Positions 1 through 9,393 of a DNA stretch of 64,000 bases are shown piece by piece (within the stretch, counting starts at the first letter, position 1; the number at the start of each line of letters is the position of its first letter). The translations under genes were made by a program, and so were the position numbers. Location: NCBI GenBank assembly GCA_963816145.1, contig CAWFJP010000005.1, positions 192,001 to 256,000 of the forward strand, read 5' to 3'. The notes beneath the pieces are model-generated. The model searched no databases. It was not told the DNA's origin and saw only the letters and a list, made by a program, of their open reading frames with translations. This DNA is from an uncultured delta proteobacterium (GTDB lineage Bacteria > Desulfobacterota > Binatia > UBA9968).

Positions 1-37
1 TTTCCGGCGAAGGTTCTAGTTTTTCTGCCTTGGACAT
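1..37 (-). CDS. 5' end of a gene running off the window (MSKAEKLEPSPE...)
   Basis: ATG at 37 on the minus strand preceded by a GGAGGAG RBS; frame open to the window edge; product unknown. Confidence 0.55.
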   Translation of the reverse strand, partial: MSKAEKLEPSPE

Positions 38-61
38 TTTCGCTCCTCCGGGTAACTGTTA

Positions 62-140
62 AAGGATGAAGTAAGAAGGATGAGGGATGAAGTGAATCGG
101 GATTTCTAAAATCATCCTTCCGCCTTCATTCTTCATCCTT
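62..140. repeat. Short-period tandem repeat arranged as an imperfect inverted repeat (AGGATGA units / TCATCCT units)
   Basis: aaggatgaagtaagaaggatgagggatgaag followed by tcatccttccgccttcattcttcatcctt. Confidence 0.75.
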
Positions 141-534
141 GATACGCTGCCAGCGCCACTTCGGCGCATTTCTGATCCTGATCGTCGGTACCGCCCGAGA
201 CCGCGATGGCGCCGACGACGTTGCCGCCTTCGACCACCGGGATGGCGCCGCCACCGGGCATGACCTTGCCGCTGCTCGATACCACCAGACTTTGAAACCA
301 GGCTTGATTGGCCACGCCGGCTAAATCCTTCGTCTGCTGTTGGAAACTTGCCGCGGTGTAAGCTTTGTTGAGGGCGATCTCGACCGTGATCGGCCGCGCT
401 TTGTCCATGCGTCCGAGAGCGATCATCCGTCCGCTCTGATCGACCACTGCTGCGGTCACGGCGATGTCCAACTGTGCTGCTTGGGTATGCGCATTGCGAA
501 CCATCTGAATCGCTTTTTCTCCAGGAATAGCCAT
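133..534 (-). CDS. GlcG/HbpS family heme-binding protein (DUF336)
   Basis: AVVDxxG, KAYTA and GAIAVSGGTxxQDxxCA motifs; GGAGG RBS. Confidence 0.9.
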   Translation of the reverse strand: MAIPGEKAIQMVRNAHTQAAQLDIAVTAAVVDQSGRMIALGRMDKARPITVEIALNKAYTAASFQQQTKDLAGVANQAWFQSLVVSSSGKVMPGGGAIPVVEGGNVVGAIAVSGGTDDQDQKCAEVALAAYQG

Positions 535-601
535 TTTGTCGGCGAACCTCCTCGTTGCTGAGCTATAGTCTACTTTAGCAGCAAATGGGTATTGCCAGTC
601 A

Positions 602-633
602 AGGGGTAAGAATGACAGGGGTAAGAATGACAG
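602..633. repeat. Perfect 15-bp direct repeat x2 (aggggtaagaatgac)
   Basis: Units at 602-616 and 617-631 in a divergent intergenic region. Confidence 0.8.
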
Positions 634-854
634 TCGGTCACCGACGTATCATGTTTTTGCGGTGGTTGAGGGGGACTCCGGAAGCAAATCGGCTGCCTGC
701 AGTCCCTGAGGCGGCGGGTGAGAGTGTAGCATGCTTAACGCCCGCGGAAGATTTAGACCCTTCGGTGCCTTTCTAATCCCTTGGCTGCGTCGAGTTGCGC
801 ATTTCAATCGATCTAGTTTAAGGTCGGTACCGTTGGACAAACGGAAATATTTGT

Positions 855-1589
855 ATGGGTAGACTCGACGGACAGGTTGCGATCGTCACCGGCGGTAGCC
901 GCGGCATTGGCCGGGCCGTGGCACTGGCTTTTGCGCAGGACGGGGCGCGGGTGGCGATTACGGCGGCGCACGACCGCGACGCGCTTGAGAAAGCCGAGCG
1001 AGAAATCGCCGCGCTGGGAAGCGGCTGTATCGCGATGATGGCTGACGTGGCGCGCCGCGGCGATATCGACAGGCTCGTGCAAGCGATTCTCGCCAGGTGG
1101 GGGCGCATCGATGTGTTGGTGAACAACGCCGGTATCCTACGTCTGGCGCCGCTGGAAGATATCACGGAAGAACGCTGGGACGAGACGCTGGGCGTGCATT
1201 TGAAAGGGACGTTTAACTGCACTCAAGCGGTGATCCCGATCATGAAACAGCAGAAGAAGGGTAAAATCATCAACATCGCGGCGCCTTCGGCCCTGCGTGG
1301 TTCTTACGGGGTCGCCGACTACGCGGCCGCCAAAGGCGGCATCGTCGCGCTGACCAAGAACGCCGCCAATGAACTTCAGTCTTTTAACATTCAAGTCAAC
1401 TGCATCTCGCCGGTGGCCGATACGCGCATGACCGAAGAGCTGACCAGATTTCGCCGCGAGCAGTTGGGCATCGCCCGGCGCGACCGCGAAGCGGTGCCGC
1501 CGGAAGCGATCGCGCCAGCCTTTTTGTTTTTTGCCAGCAGCGATTCCGATTATGTATCGGGGCAGTTGTTGGAAGTGGGGCGGACGTGA
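855..1589 (+). CDS. Classical SDR family oxidoreductase (FabG-like)
   Basis: TGGSRGIG, NNAG and YAAAK motifs. Confidence 0.95.
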   Translation: MGRLDGQVAIVTGGSRGIGRAVALAFAQDGARVAITAAHDRDALEKAEREIAALGSGCIAMMADVARRGDIDRLVQAILARWGRIDVLVNNAGILRLAPLEDITEERWDETLGVHLKGTFNCTQAVIPIMKQQKKGKIINIAAPSALRGSYGVADYAAAKGGIVALTKNAANELQSFNIQVNCISPVADTRMTEELTRFRREQLGIARRDREAVPPEAIAPAFLFFASSDSDYVSGQLLEVGRT

Positions 1590-1762
1590 AAATTGAGAAT
1601 TGAGAATGGATAATTTCGGACAACGTCGAAGACTCGATTGCAGAAAACATTCTAGTTTGGAGGAGCGTGGTAATGACTAGGTTAGGTGGCACGGTTGGTT
1701 CAAGAGTTCAAAAGTTCAAGATTCGCGCTTTGACGTAGCTTGATCAGGCTGTTGCCGCTGGC

Positions 1763-3016
1763 CTACTTCTTCACGCTCACCCGCCAGACTTTATTGCTAC
1801 CGTCGTCGCTGACCAGCAGCGAACCGTCGCTCCAGACGGCGACGCCGACCGGGCGGCCGTAGACTTCGTTGGATTTTGGGTTGGGTAAGAAGCCGGTGAG
1901 GAAGTCTTCCATGGCGCCGCTGGGTTTGCCGTCAGCGAACGGTAAAAATACAACCTTGTAACCGACCAGGCTCGATCGATTCCATGAGCCGTGCAGACCG
2001 ATGAAGGCGCCGCCGTGGTAGCGCGCCGGAAATGAGTTGCCGTTGTAAAATACCAGCCCCAACGGCGCGACATGGGAGCCTAAGGCGAAGTCGGGCTTGA
2101 TCGCTTTGGCGACGAGATCGGGGCGTTGGCCTTTCTTGCGCGGATCTTCGTTCTGGCCAAAGTATGAGTAGGGCCAGCCGTAAAAGGCGCCGTCTTTTAC
2201 GCTGGTGAGATAGTCGGGCACCAGCTCGTCGCCGAGCATGTCGCGTTCGTTGACGACGGTCCAGAGCTGTTTAGTTTTCGGCTGCCAATCCAATCCCACC
2301 GGGTTTCTCAGACCGCCGGCGAATACGCGCATGGCGCTGCCGTCGAGGTTGGTTTGCAAGATGGCGGCGCGGCGATTGTCCTTGGCGTCGGTCATATCTT
2401 CATCGATGTTGCTCGTCGAGCCGACGCTGACGTACAGCTTCTTTCCTTCAGCATCGAGTAAGATATTTCGCGTATAGTGGCCACCGCCGGGCAAGTCGAG
2501 AATCTTTTCGCCCTGGCGGAAGATCTTGGTGTCACCGTTGCGATAGGGAAAGACCACCACACCGTCGGTGTTGCCGACATAAAAGCGGTTGCCATGCAGC
2601 GCCATGCCGAAGGCGCCGTTCAAATTGTCGATGAATACTTCGCGGCGATCGGGTTTGCCATCTTTGTTGTCGTCGCGCAGCAGGATGATGCGGCTCGATC
2701 CCTGGCGGCGCTGGGATTCGATCACCAGGACATCGCCATTGGGTAATGGGTAAATCGTCCGCGGGTTTTCTAGCTCGTCGGCGAACAAATCGACTTCGAA
2801 GCCCGCTGGGGCGGTGGGCAGTTTCCCCCGGGGCCAGGCGACGATGCGTGACATATTGGCGACGCCCCGGGTGGCGTAGGGCGGCGGCAGGACGATCTTA
2901 TCGGCGGGGCCGCTTTCGATGACGCGCGCCGGCTCCGCGGCATTCGTTGCGGCGACGGATCTCAAGATTAGGGAAGCCGCAAAGAACGCAAAGTTCACGA
3001 AGCGAACAATGAACAT
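1763..3016 (-). CDS. Sorbosone dehydrogenase family (PQQ-dependent sugar dehydrogenase, beta-propeller), exported
   Basis: GLRNPVG, VNERDxLGDxLVPDY, HGSWNRS and GRPVGV motifs; N-terminal hydrophobic signal. Confidence 0.92.
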   Translation of the reverse strand: MFIVRFVNFAFFAASLILRSVAATNAAEPARVIESGPADKIVLPPPYATRGVANMSRIVAWPRGKLPTAPAGFEVDLFADELENPRTIYPLPNGDVLVIESQRRQGSSRIILLRDDNKDGKPDRREVFIDNLNGAFGMALHGNRFYVGNTDGVVVFPYRNGDTKIFRQGEKILDLPGGGHYTRNILLDAEGKKLYVSVGSTSNIDEDMTDAKDNRRAAILQTNLDGSAMRVFAGGLRNPVGLDWQPKTKQLWTVVNERDMLGDELVPDYLTSVKDGAFYGWPYSYFGQNEDPRKKGQRPDLVAKAIKPDFALGSHVAPLGLVFYNGNSFPARYHGGAFIGLHGSWNRSSLVGYKVVFLPFADGKPSGAMEDFLTGFLPNPKSNEVYGRPVGVAVWSDGSLLVSDDGSNKVWRVSVKK

Positions 3017-3093
3017 TTCCTTGCTCTGCGATCTCTGTATTACTATTGCTTACAATTTGCGCGGTATGCGCAAATGACCTGGAATTTGAAGCT

Positions 3094-3272
3094 ACTCGGA
3101 TTCGGAAACGTTTCCCGCCAAGGCGCAAAGACGCCAAGTTCGGATGAAAAAAATAATAATTCTTTCAAATTATTTTTATTCCTGTTCTCCGATCTTTGCG
3201 ACCTTGGCGTCTTTGCGGGAGATATTCCGAGCCTCGGTTGCGGCTTCGCCGCGCCGTGCACTCTGTGGTGAA
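3094..3272. repeat. Palindromic intergenic repeat cluster (cgccaaggcgcaaagacgccaag ... ctttgcgaccttggcgtctttgcg family)
   Basis: Inverted arms with about 9-nt periodicity; 3094-3138 matches the reverse complement of 50590-50633. Confidence 0.8.
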
Positions 3273-3290
3273 ATATCTTTCCCGCGTCGG

Positions 3291-4574
3291 TCATTTTTTC
3301 GCCGTGACGCGCCAGACTTTGCCGCCGCTGTCGTCAGCGACGAGTAGCGAACCGTCGGGCAAAACGGTGACGCCGACGGGCCGGCCGTAGGCTTCGAACT
3401 TGCTTTCGTCGGCGATGAAGCCGGTGAGGATATCTTCAATGGGTCCGGCCGGCTTGCCGTTGGCGAACGGAACGAAGGCGAGCTTGTAGCCGACCATCTT
3501 TGAGCGGTTCCACGAGCCGTGCATGCCGATGAAGGCGCCGCCGTGATAGCGTTCGGGAAACATTTTGCCGTTGTAGAAAGCCAAACCGAGTGACGCGGTG
3601 TGCGAGCCCAGGGCGTAATCGGGTTTGATCGCTTTGGCGACGAGATCGGAGCGTTGGCCTTTCTTGCGCGGGTCTTCGTTCTGGCCGAAGTAAGAGTATG
3701 GCCAGCCGTAAAAAGCGCCGTCTATTACGCTGGTGAGATAGTCCGGCACCAGATCGTCGCCGAGCAGGTCGCGCTCATTTACCACGGTCCAGAGAGTTTT
3801 GGTTGTAGGCTCCCAGTCCATGCCAACGGGATTGCGCAGCCCTCTGGCAAAGATACGCATGCCACTGCCGTCGGGATTGATTTCGATAATGCCGGCGCGC
3901 CGCTGGTCTTTCTCCCAAACATTTTCTTCATCGACGTTGGAGGCCGAGCCGATGGCGACATAAAGTTTTTTGCCGGACGGATCGGCGCTGAGCGTGCGGG
4001 TGTGATGGCCGCCGGCCGGCAGGTCGAGAATCTTTTCGCCCTTGCCGTCGATCTTGGTCTGGCCGGCGCGATAGGGATAGCGCATGACGCTGTCGGTGTT
4101 GCCGACATAGAACCAATTGCCGAGCAGCAGCATGCCCTCGGGCATGTTCAATCCTGTAAGAAAGGTCTCGCGCAGGTCCGGCGTGCCATCGTTGTTGGTG
4201 TCGCGGAACAGCGTGATCCGATTGGCCGATTTTTCCGGCCGATCAGCGCGGCCGGGCCACTCGCGAATGGATTCCACCACGAGGACGTCTTTATTTGGCA
4301 AGACATAGGTCTGCCGCGGATTGGCGAGCTTATCGGCGAACAGGCTGACCGCGAAGCCCGGCGCGGCTTTGGGCGTCTTGCCCTGGGGCCAGCCGATGAC
4401 TTTAGATTGGTTGCGCGCGGACGGCGTCGCGAAGGGCGCTGGCAGTTGGAGTTTGTCGGCGGGGCCAGTGCCGGGGGCATAGCGGTGCGAAACATCGTCG
4501 GTCACCGTGGCGCAGGAACATGCCAAGGCGACACCGGCGGCGATGGCAATGCGATTTATATTAAGATTCGACAT
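3291..4574 (-). CDS. Sorbosone dehydrogenase family protein, paralog 2, probable lipoprotein
   Basis: Same motifs as 1763..3016; signal peptide with Cys (ALACSC); GGAGG RBS. Confidence 0.92.
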   Translation of the reverse strand: MSNLNINRIAIAAGVALACSCATVTDDVSHRYAPGTGPADKLQLPAPFATPSARNQSKVIGWPQGKTPKAAPGFAVSLFADKLANPRQTYVLPNKDVLVVESIREWPGRADRPEKSANRITLFRDTNNDGTPDLRETFLTGLNMPEGMLLLGNWFYVGNTDSVMRYPYRAGQTKIDGKGEKILDLPAGGHHTRTLSADPSGKKLYVAIGSASNVDEENVWEKDQRRAGIIEINPDGSGMRIFARGLRNPVGMDWEPTTKTLWTVVNERDLLGDDLVPDYLTSVIDGAFYGWPYSYFGQNEDPRKKGQRSDLVAKAIKPDYALGSHTASLGLAFYNGKMFPERYHGGAFIGMHGSWNRSKMVGYKLAFVPFANGKPAGPIEDILTGFIADESKFEAYGRPVGVTVLPDGSLLVADDSGGKVWRVTAKK

Positions 4575-4727
4575 CGAATTGGGCCTCCGATGGTTTAGCT
4601 TTCCGGCTCTCCGCCAGCGATCGATGCTGCGACTATATACAAACTGCCCGCCGCGCGAAAGCCAGAATCTGCAGGTTGTGCGCAGGCATCGTCCGTTCTA
4701 AGATCGGCGCGTTCTGAAGGAGGTTGG

Positions 4728-6155
4728 ATGCATTATCGTGATCTGCGCGGGTGGCTTGAGGGCGTGGAGTCGTTTGGCGAGTTGCGCGTCGTCGAGGGGG
4801 CCGATTGGAATCAGGAGATCGGCGCGGTCGCCGAAGTGGCGGCGCAGTCCAATCCGCCGCCGGCGGTGCTGTTCGACAAGATCAAGGACTATCCTGCGGG
4901 CCGGCGGGTGCTCACCGGAATTCACAATCCGACGCTCAAGCGCCAGTGTCTGACCAATCATCTGCCGCTCGACTACAGCCGCGATCAGTTCATCGACGCT
5001 TGGAAAAAACGCCTCGATCATCCGGCCCTGTTGCCGCCTCGGGTCGTCGATAGCGGCCCTGTGCTCGAAAATGTTTTCGAAGGCAAGGATATCGATTTGT
5101 TGTCCCTGCCGGTGCCGTGGTGGCACGAAGGCGACGGCGGCCGCTATATCGGCTCCATGGATACGACGATCAGCCGCGACCCCGACGAAGGTTGGATCAA
5201 TGTCGGCTGCTACCGGGTCATGGTGCATGACAAAGACACGCTGGCGCTCTACATATCGCCGGGACATCATGGCCATATTCACCGGCAAAAATATTTCGAC
5301 AAGGGCCAGCCGTTTCCCGTCGCGATCAGCTTCGGCCCCGATCCGCTGCTGTGGTTCTTCGGCCAGATGGAGATCCCGGCGGGTGAGTCCGAATTCGACT
5401 ACGCCGGTGGCGTGCGCGGCGAGCCCTATGAAGTGATCTTGGGCAAACACACTGGACTGCCGATCCCGGCCTATTCGGAGATCGTCATCGAGGGCGAAGT
5501 GTTGCCCGGCACGAAGATTCCCGAAGGGCCGTTCGGCGAGTTCACCGGCTATTATGCCGGCGGACTGCGCTCCGAGCCGATGTTGAAAGTGAAGCGGCTC
5601 ATGTACCGCAACGATCCGATCATGACCGGTGCGCCGCCCTTCAAACCGGCACCAGGCGCGGAGAATAACTTGATCCGCGCCGCGTATATCTGGAACTACC
5701 TCGACAAGGCCGGCGTGCCGGATGTGCGTAGCGTGGCATATCACCAAACGAGATTGCTGGTAGCTCTGTCGATCAAGCAGCGCTATCCCGGCCACGCGCG
5801 CCAAGCGGCGTTGATCGCTTCGCAATGCCGCGCCGCGGCGTTGTTGACGCGCTACGTCATGGTGGTCGACGACGACATCGATATCTGGGACAGCAACGAA
5901 CTCCTGTGGGCGCTGTGCACGCGCACCGACCCGGCGAAAGATATCGACATCCTGCGGCGTTGCTGGAGCAATCCCATCGATCCAATTATCCCGCCGAGCG
6001 AGCGCGGCTTTCAGTCTCGCGGCATCATCGACGCCTGCCGGCCCTATGAATGGATCAATGAATTTCCCAAAGTCTCGGGCGCAAGCAAAGAATTGAAAGA
6101 AAAGGTGACGAAGAAGTTCGCCGCGAGCCTGGCGGGAAAGACCAAAGAGATTTAA
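4728..6155 (+). CDS. UbiD family (prFMN-dependent) decarboxylase
   Basis: EGPFGEFTGYY, DGGRYIG, VVDDDID and IDACRPYEW motifs; AGGAGG RBS. Confidence 0.95.
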   Translation: MHYRDLRGWLEGVESFGELRVVEGADWNQEIGAVAEVAAQSNPPPAVLFDKIKDYPAGRRVLTGIHNPTLKRQCLTNHLPLDYSRDQFIDAWKKRLDHPALLPPRVVDSGPVLENVFEGKDIDLLSLPVPWWHEGDGGRYIGSMDTTISRDPDEGWINVGCYRVMVHDKDTLALYISPGHHGHIHRQKYFDKGQPFPVAISFGPDPLLWFFGQMEIPAGESEFDYAGGVRGEPYEVILGKHTGLPIPAYSEIVIEGEVLPGTKIPEGPFGEFTGYYAGGLRSEPMLKVKRLMYRNDPIMTGAPPFKPAPGAENNLIRAAYIWNYLDKAGVPDVRSVAYHQTRLLVALSIKQRYPGHARQAALIASQCRAAALLTRYVMVVDDDIDIWDSNELLWALCTRTDPAKDIDILRRCWSNPIDPIIPPSERGFQSRGIIDACRPYEWINEFPKVSGASKELKEKVTKKFAASLAGKTKEI

Positions 6156-6287
6156 CCACAAAGAGACTAGGGCGGCACAAATGTTAAGAAGGCCGGAAGC
6201 GGATGATTAACTGCAAAGTAATTCATGTACCAATCGGTACAACACAGCAAATGAAAATGAGCTGCCCACGTTCAAAGCAACGACGGA

Positions 6288-6343
6288 AAATCCCCCAATG
6301 GCCCCCTTTGCCAAAGGGGGCGGGCCGAAGGACCGGGGGATTT
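6288..6343. repeat. GC-rich cruciform palindrome (aaatccccc...ccccctttgccaaaggggg...gggggattt)
   Basis: Nested inverted repeats seen directly. Confidence 0.75.
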
Positions 6344-6411
6344 CTGCCTCTAATCGGCATTTGCATAAGAGAACGCAAAGGGCGCAAAATATTCCAAGTG
6401 AAATTCCGGAC

Positions 6412-6536
6412 GTAGGGGCAACCCCCCGTGGTTGCCCTTTCCGATAACGGATGTACTGGCAGTGACCTCATAGCTGATGGGAATGTAATTATGATTATCA
6501 GTGGCAGGCATGTAGGGGCGACCGGCTGGTCGCCCT
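6412..6536 (+). repeat. Two GTAG-type REP-like hairpins (6412-6438 and 6512-6536)
   Basis: gtaggggcaaccccccgtggttgccct and gtaggggcgaccggctggtcgccct: GTAG tetranucleotide plus palindrome. Confidence 0.75.
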
Positions 6537-6549
6537 CAGATTCGGCAAA

Positions 6550-7510
6550 ATGCGCATCGGTATCGTTGCTGTTGGTTCTTCTGCTCGGCCTCACACCACA
6601 ACTGCATGCCCAGCAGGACAAGAAGCCGTCTCGAAAAAGTCCGGCTGGCGGTGGCGGCGAAGGCGTTGACGTTGTTGCCGTACTATTTTGGCAAGTCGAA
6701 GGGATTGTTCGAGCGGGACGGGATCGATTTGGAAATTATCGCCATGCGGCCGCCGGTGGGCGTTACGGCGCTGCAAGCGGGCGAAGTCGATTACGGCGGA
6801 TCTACTGGAGTAGCGCTGCGCGGCGCGATCAAAGGATTACCGCTCAAGGCCTATATGTTCATCCAGACGCGCTTGAGCTTCACGCTGGTGGGCCAGCCGG
6901 GCATGACGCCGGCGCGCATGCGCAACATCGCCGTTAGCGGCATCGGCTCGCTGGCGCATACGGCGGCGATCACTGTGGCGCGGCGGCTGGGCCGGGACGG
7001 GCCCAACGACAGGATCGTTTACCTCGCCACCAACACGACGCCGAGCAGTTTCCAATCGCTCATGGCGAAAGCCGTCGACGCGGCGATCTTGACGCCGCCA
7101 TACACCTCGATGGCGACCTTGGCGGGTTACGTCGATCTCGGCGATACCTTCGATGTGCGCGACTTGCAGGGCGGCATCGTCGGGCGAGTGAGTCATGTGC
7201 AAAATCACCGCGAGCAGATGAAAGGGATGATCCGCGCCGTCTTGCGCAGCACCGAGCTGATTCAAAAAAACGAAGCTGAGGTCGTCGCTTACATTCAAAA
7301 AGATTTCAGCCTGGAACAGAAAGTGGCCGTCGATAGCTACAAGATCCTGCTCAAGGTTCTTAACCCCGACGGCGACATCGACGACGCGACTTTGAAATCG
7401 ATCATCGATAAGATTCGCCAGGAGTCCGGTCTTGCGGCGGAGATTCCGTTGGATCGCTTGGTCGATCTAACTTGTTGCGTGAAGTCAAAGCGGAGTTGAG
7501 AAAGAGATAA
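6550..7510 (+). CDS. NitT/TauT (SsuA/NMT1-like) ABC substrate-binding protein with apparent single-base frameshifts
   Basis: Core ORF 6606..7499 (GLFERDGIDLE, ALQAGEVD); signal peptide LLLVLLLGLTPQLHAQQ is in another frame; natural C-terminus LLREVKAELRKR needs one extra base near 7471. Confidence 0.8.
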
Positions 7511-7582
7511 CCGCCAAGTTGCGAGAAGGGCAATCGCCTAGTAAGCTCGCGGCGTTAAATACCAATCTAAGGGAGGTCCCTA

Positions 7583-8050
7583 ATGATACGTTTTTTTCGA
7601 GTTGCAGCCATGATGGTTGTCTTGGGCCTTTGGCAGTCGGTCGGGTTTGCCGATATGCCCGAACCGAAAGGGAAAACGGAAAATCCCAACGTCGTCGCGG
7701 CGCGCAAGGCGATCGATGCGAAGGATTACAAAGGCGCAGTAGGACATTTGACCAAGGCGGTGCAAGAACTGCCCAACGACGCCGACGCTCACAGCATGCT
7801 CGGCTATGCCTACCGCAAGACCGGCGCCTTCGACAAATCCATGGAGCATTATCAACGCGCGCTCAAGCTCGACTCGAACCATCGCTGGGCGCATGAATAC
7901 TTGGGTGAGCTCTATCTCGACATGAATCAGCCGGATAACGCCGAGAAGCAGTTGGCGGCGCTGAAGAAAGCCTGTCCGTTTTTGGGCAAGTGCGAGGAGT
8001 ACGATGATCTGAAGAAGGCGATCGATTCTTATAAAGCGAAAAAGAAGTAG
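7583..8050 (+). CDS. Exported tetratricopeptide repeat protein
   Basis: Signal peptide; TPR motifs DAHSMLGYAYRK and AHEYLGELY; GGAGG RBS. Confidence 0.9.
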   Translation: MIRFFRVAAMMVVLGLWQSVGFADMPEPKGKTENPNVVAARKAIDAKDYKGAVGHLTKAVQELPNDADAHSMLGYAYRKTGAFDKSMEHYQRALKLDSNHRWAHEYLGELYLDMNQPDNAEKQLAALKKACPFLGKCEEYDDLKKAIDSYKAKKK

Positions 8051-8072
8051 CATCCCAGCTCAACAGGGATTG

Positions 8073-8120
8073 CCCCCACCTCTGTCCTCCCCCGCTGGCG
8101 GGGGAGGATGAAGGAGGGGG
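8073..8120. repeat. Palindrome cccccacc...cctccccc(gctggc)gggggagg...ggaggggg
   Basis: Nested inverted repeat; a relative lies at about 45802-45877. Confidence 0.75.
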
Positions 8121-8163
8121 AAGCCCTCTCGACAATAATAACTACAATATTGGAGATTCCCCA

Positions 8164-8886
8164 ATGGCAGAGCAAATCAAGGTAAAAGTTGGATTCGTCA
8201 GCGGTGGGTCGAGTAACATGCCGCATTACCATAGCTTCACACCCATGGTGCCGAAGGATGTCGAGCTCGACTTCCAGGGCCTGAATCTTTACGGCAAGTC
8301 ACTTTATGAAATCTCGGACAAGAAGGACGTCATCCTCAGCCGCGTGAAGGGCTATATCGCCGAGCGTAAATGGGATGGTCTGATTGTCACCGCCGCGCCG
8401 ACTGAAGTGTTGAATCCTGGACTGTTCGACGATCTCAAAGCGGCGGTGTCGATACCGTTCACGACCGCGCTCAACGCTTGTGTCGCGGCGCTACGAACTT
8501 ACTCCGCGCCGAAGGTGCTCTTGCTCACGCCTTTCGATGCCAAGTTGAATGACCTGATCGTCGCTCATCTGGCCAAAGCCGGCGTCACCGCGATCTCGCC
8601 GAATTCCTTCGCCGAACTGGCCGTGCCCAAACGCATGACGCCCGAGGAGGTCTTCGATCTGACGAAGAAAAACCTTGCCGTCGCAGGTAAAGTCGACGCG
8701 ATCTATTTTCAAGGCGCCGTGCTCGATCCGATCAAATGTTTGGAGAGAATAGAGGCCGAACTCAACGCCACCGTGATCGCCAGCAACCCGGCGATGCTTT
8801 GGTACGTGCTTTCCAAGCTTGGGTATAAGTATCCGACCAGCGGTTACGGCAGGCTGCTGCGCGAGTGGCCGGCGCTCGGAAATTAG
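8164..8886 (+). CDS. Maleate isomerase / arylmalonate decarboxylase-like (Asp/Glu racemase superfamily) protein
   Basis: KVLLLTPF, DAIYFQG, VIASNPAMLW and GYGRLL segments typical of the family; catalytic Cys not evident. Confidence 0.75.
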   Translation: MAEQIKVKVGFVSGGSSNMPHYHSFTPMVPKDVELDFQGLNLYGKSLYEISDKKDVILSRVKGYIAERKWDGLIVTAAPTEVLNPGLFDDLKAAVSIPFTTALNACVAALRTYSAPKVLLLTPFDAKLNDLIVAHLAKAGVTAISPNSFAELAVPKRMTPEEVFDLTKKNLAVAGKVDAIYFQGAVLDPIKCLERIEAELNATVIASNPAMLWYVLSKLGYKYPTSGYGRLLREWPALGN

Positions 8887-8939
8887 CGTTCAAGGTTCCA
8901 GGTTCAAAAGTTCAAGATTTGGACCGCCGGCAGTCGCCC

Positions 8940-9223
8940 TTCCGCGCGCTATGACCAAAGCGATTCACATCCATAAAACCGAGAAGGAATGGACCAGGCG
9001 CGTTATCGACAAATACCTGCGTACCAACGATGGGGAAAAACTTGAACGTACCTACAATAGCTTCCGCCCGTTGTTCTCCGAAGTGCCTCGCCCGACTGCA
9101 GACGGTGTAAAGACGTTACTCGACGATCTTGCTGGAAAACCCCCTAAGGCAGCCGAGGCGATTCCGAAATAGTTTGTCGATGGGAGTTTTGTCGATGAGA
9201 TGGAGCGTCGGGGTTTATCATGA
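8940..9223 (+). pseudogene. C-terminal remnant of a NitT/TauT-type binding protein
   Basis: RAMTKAIH...PRPTADGVKTLLD...PK*FVDGSFVDEMERRG parallels the C-terminus of 24093..25082; internal TAG at 9170-9172; no N-terminal half. Confidence 0.7.
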
Positions 9224-9393
9224 AGCTCTACGAGAGATAGCCCTGGCCTCGCCGATTGGTGAAGCCGAACTACCGTTGACCACACGATTAAAGTTCGTAT
9301 TTTTATCAATACGACTCCAAATCCGGACTTGTCTCGCGAGAGTAAACCGAAGACCATTGTAAGATAGTACTAGCTAAGTGAGGGGGGCTTTAA

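Noticed and set aside
670-745. Hairpin-rich stretch between the GlcG-like and SDR genes as a riboswitch
   Set aside because: Stems are present but no conserved motif of a known class was recognised; not supportable without a covariance search
3043-3294. Short ORFs in repeat spacers (also 27155..27352, 28304..28489, 47403..47651)
   Set aside because: Translations of palindromic repeats, with no RBS or domain evidence
4698-6161. 487-aa antisense ORF over the UbiD gene (also 3600..4598, 13894..14580, 39517..40284, 53153..54091 and similar)
   Set aside because: Shadow ORFs from GC-rich codon bias on the opposite strand of well-supported genes; no recognisable motifs
9170-9172. In-frame TAG as pyrrolysine or read-through
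   Set aside because: Lies in a gene remnant lacking its N-terminal half; a CAG-to-TAG nonsense change is simpler
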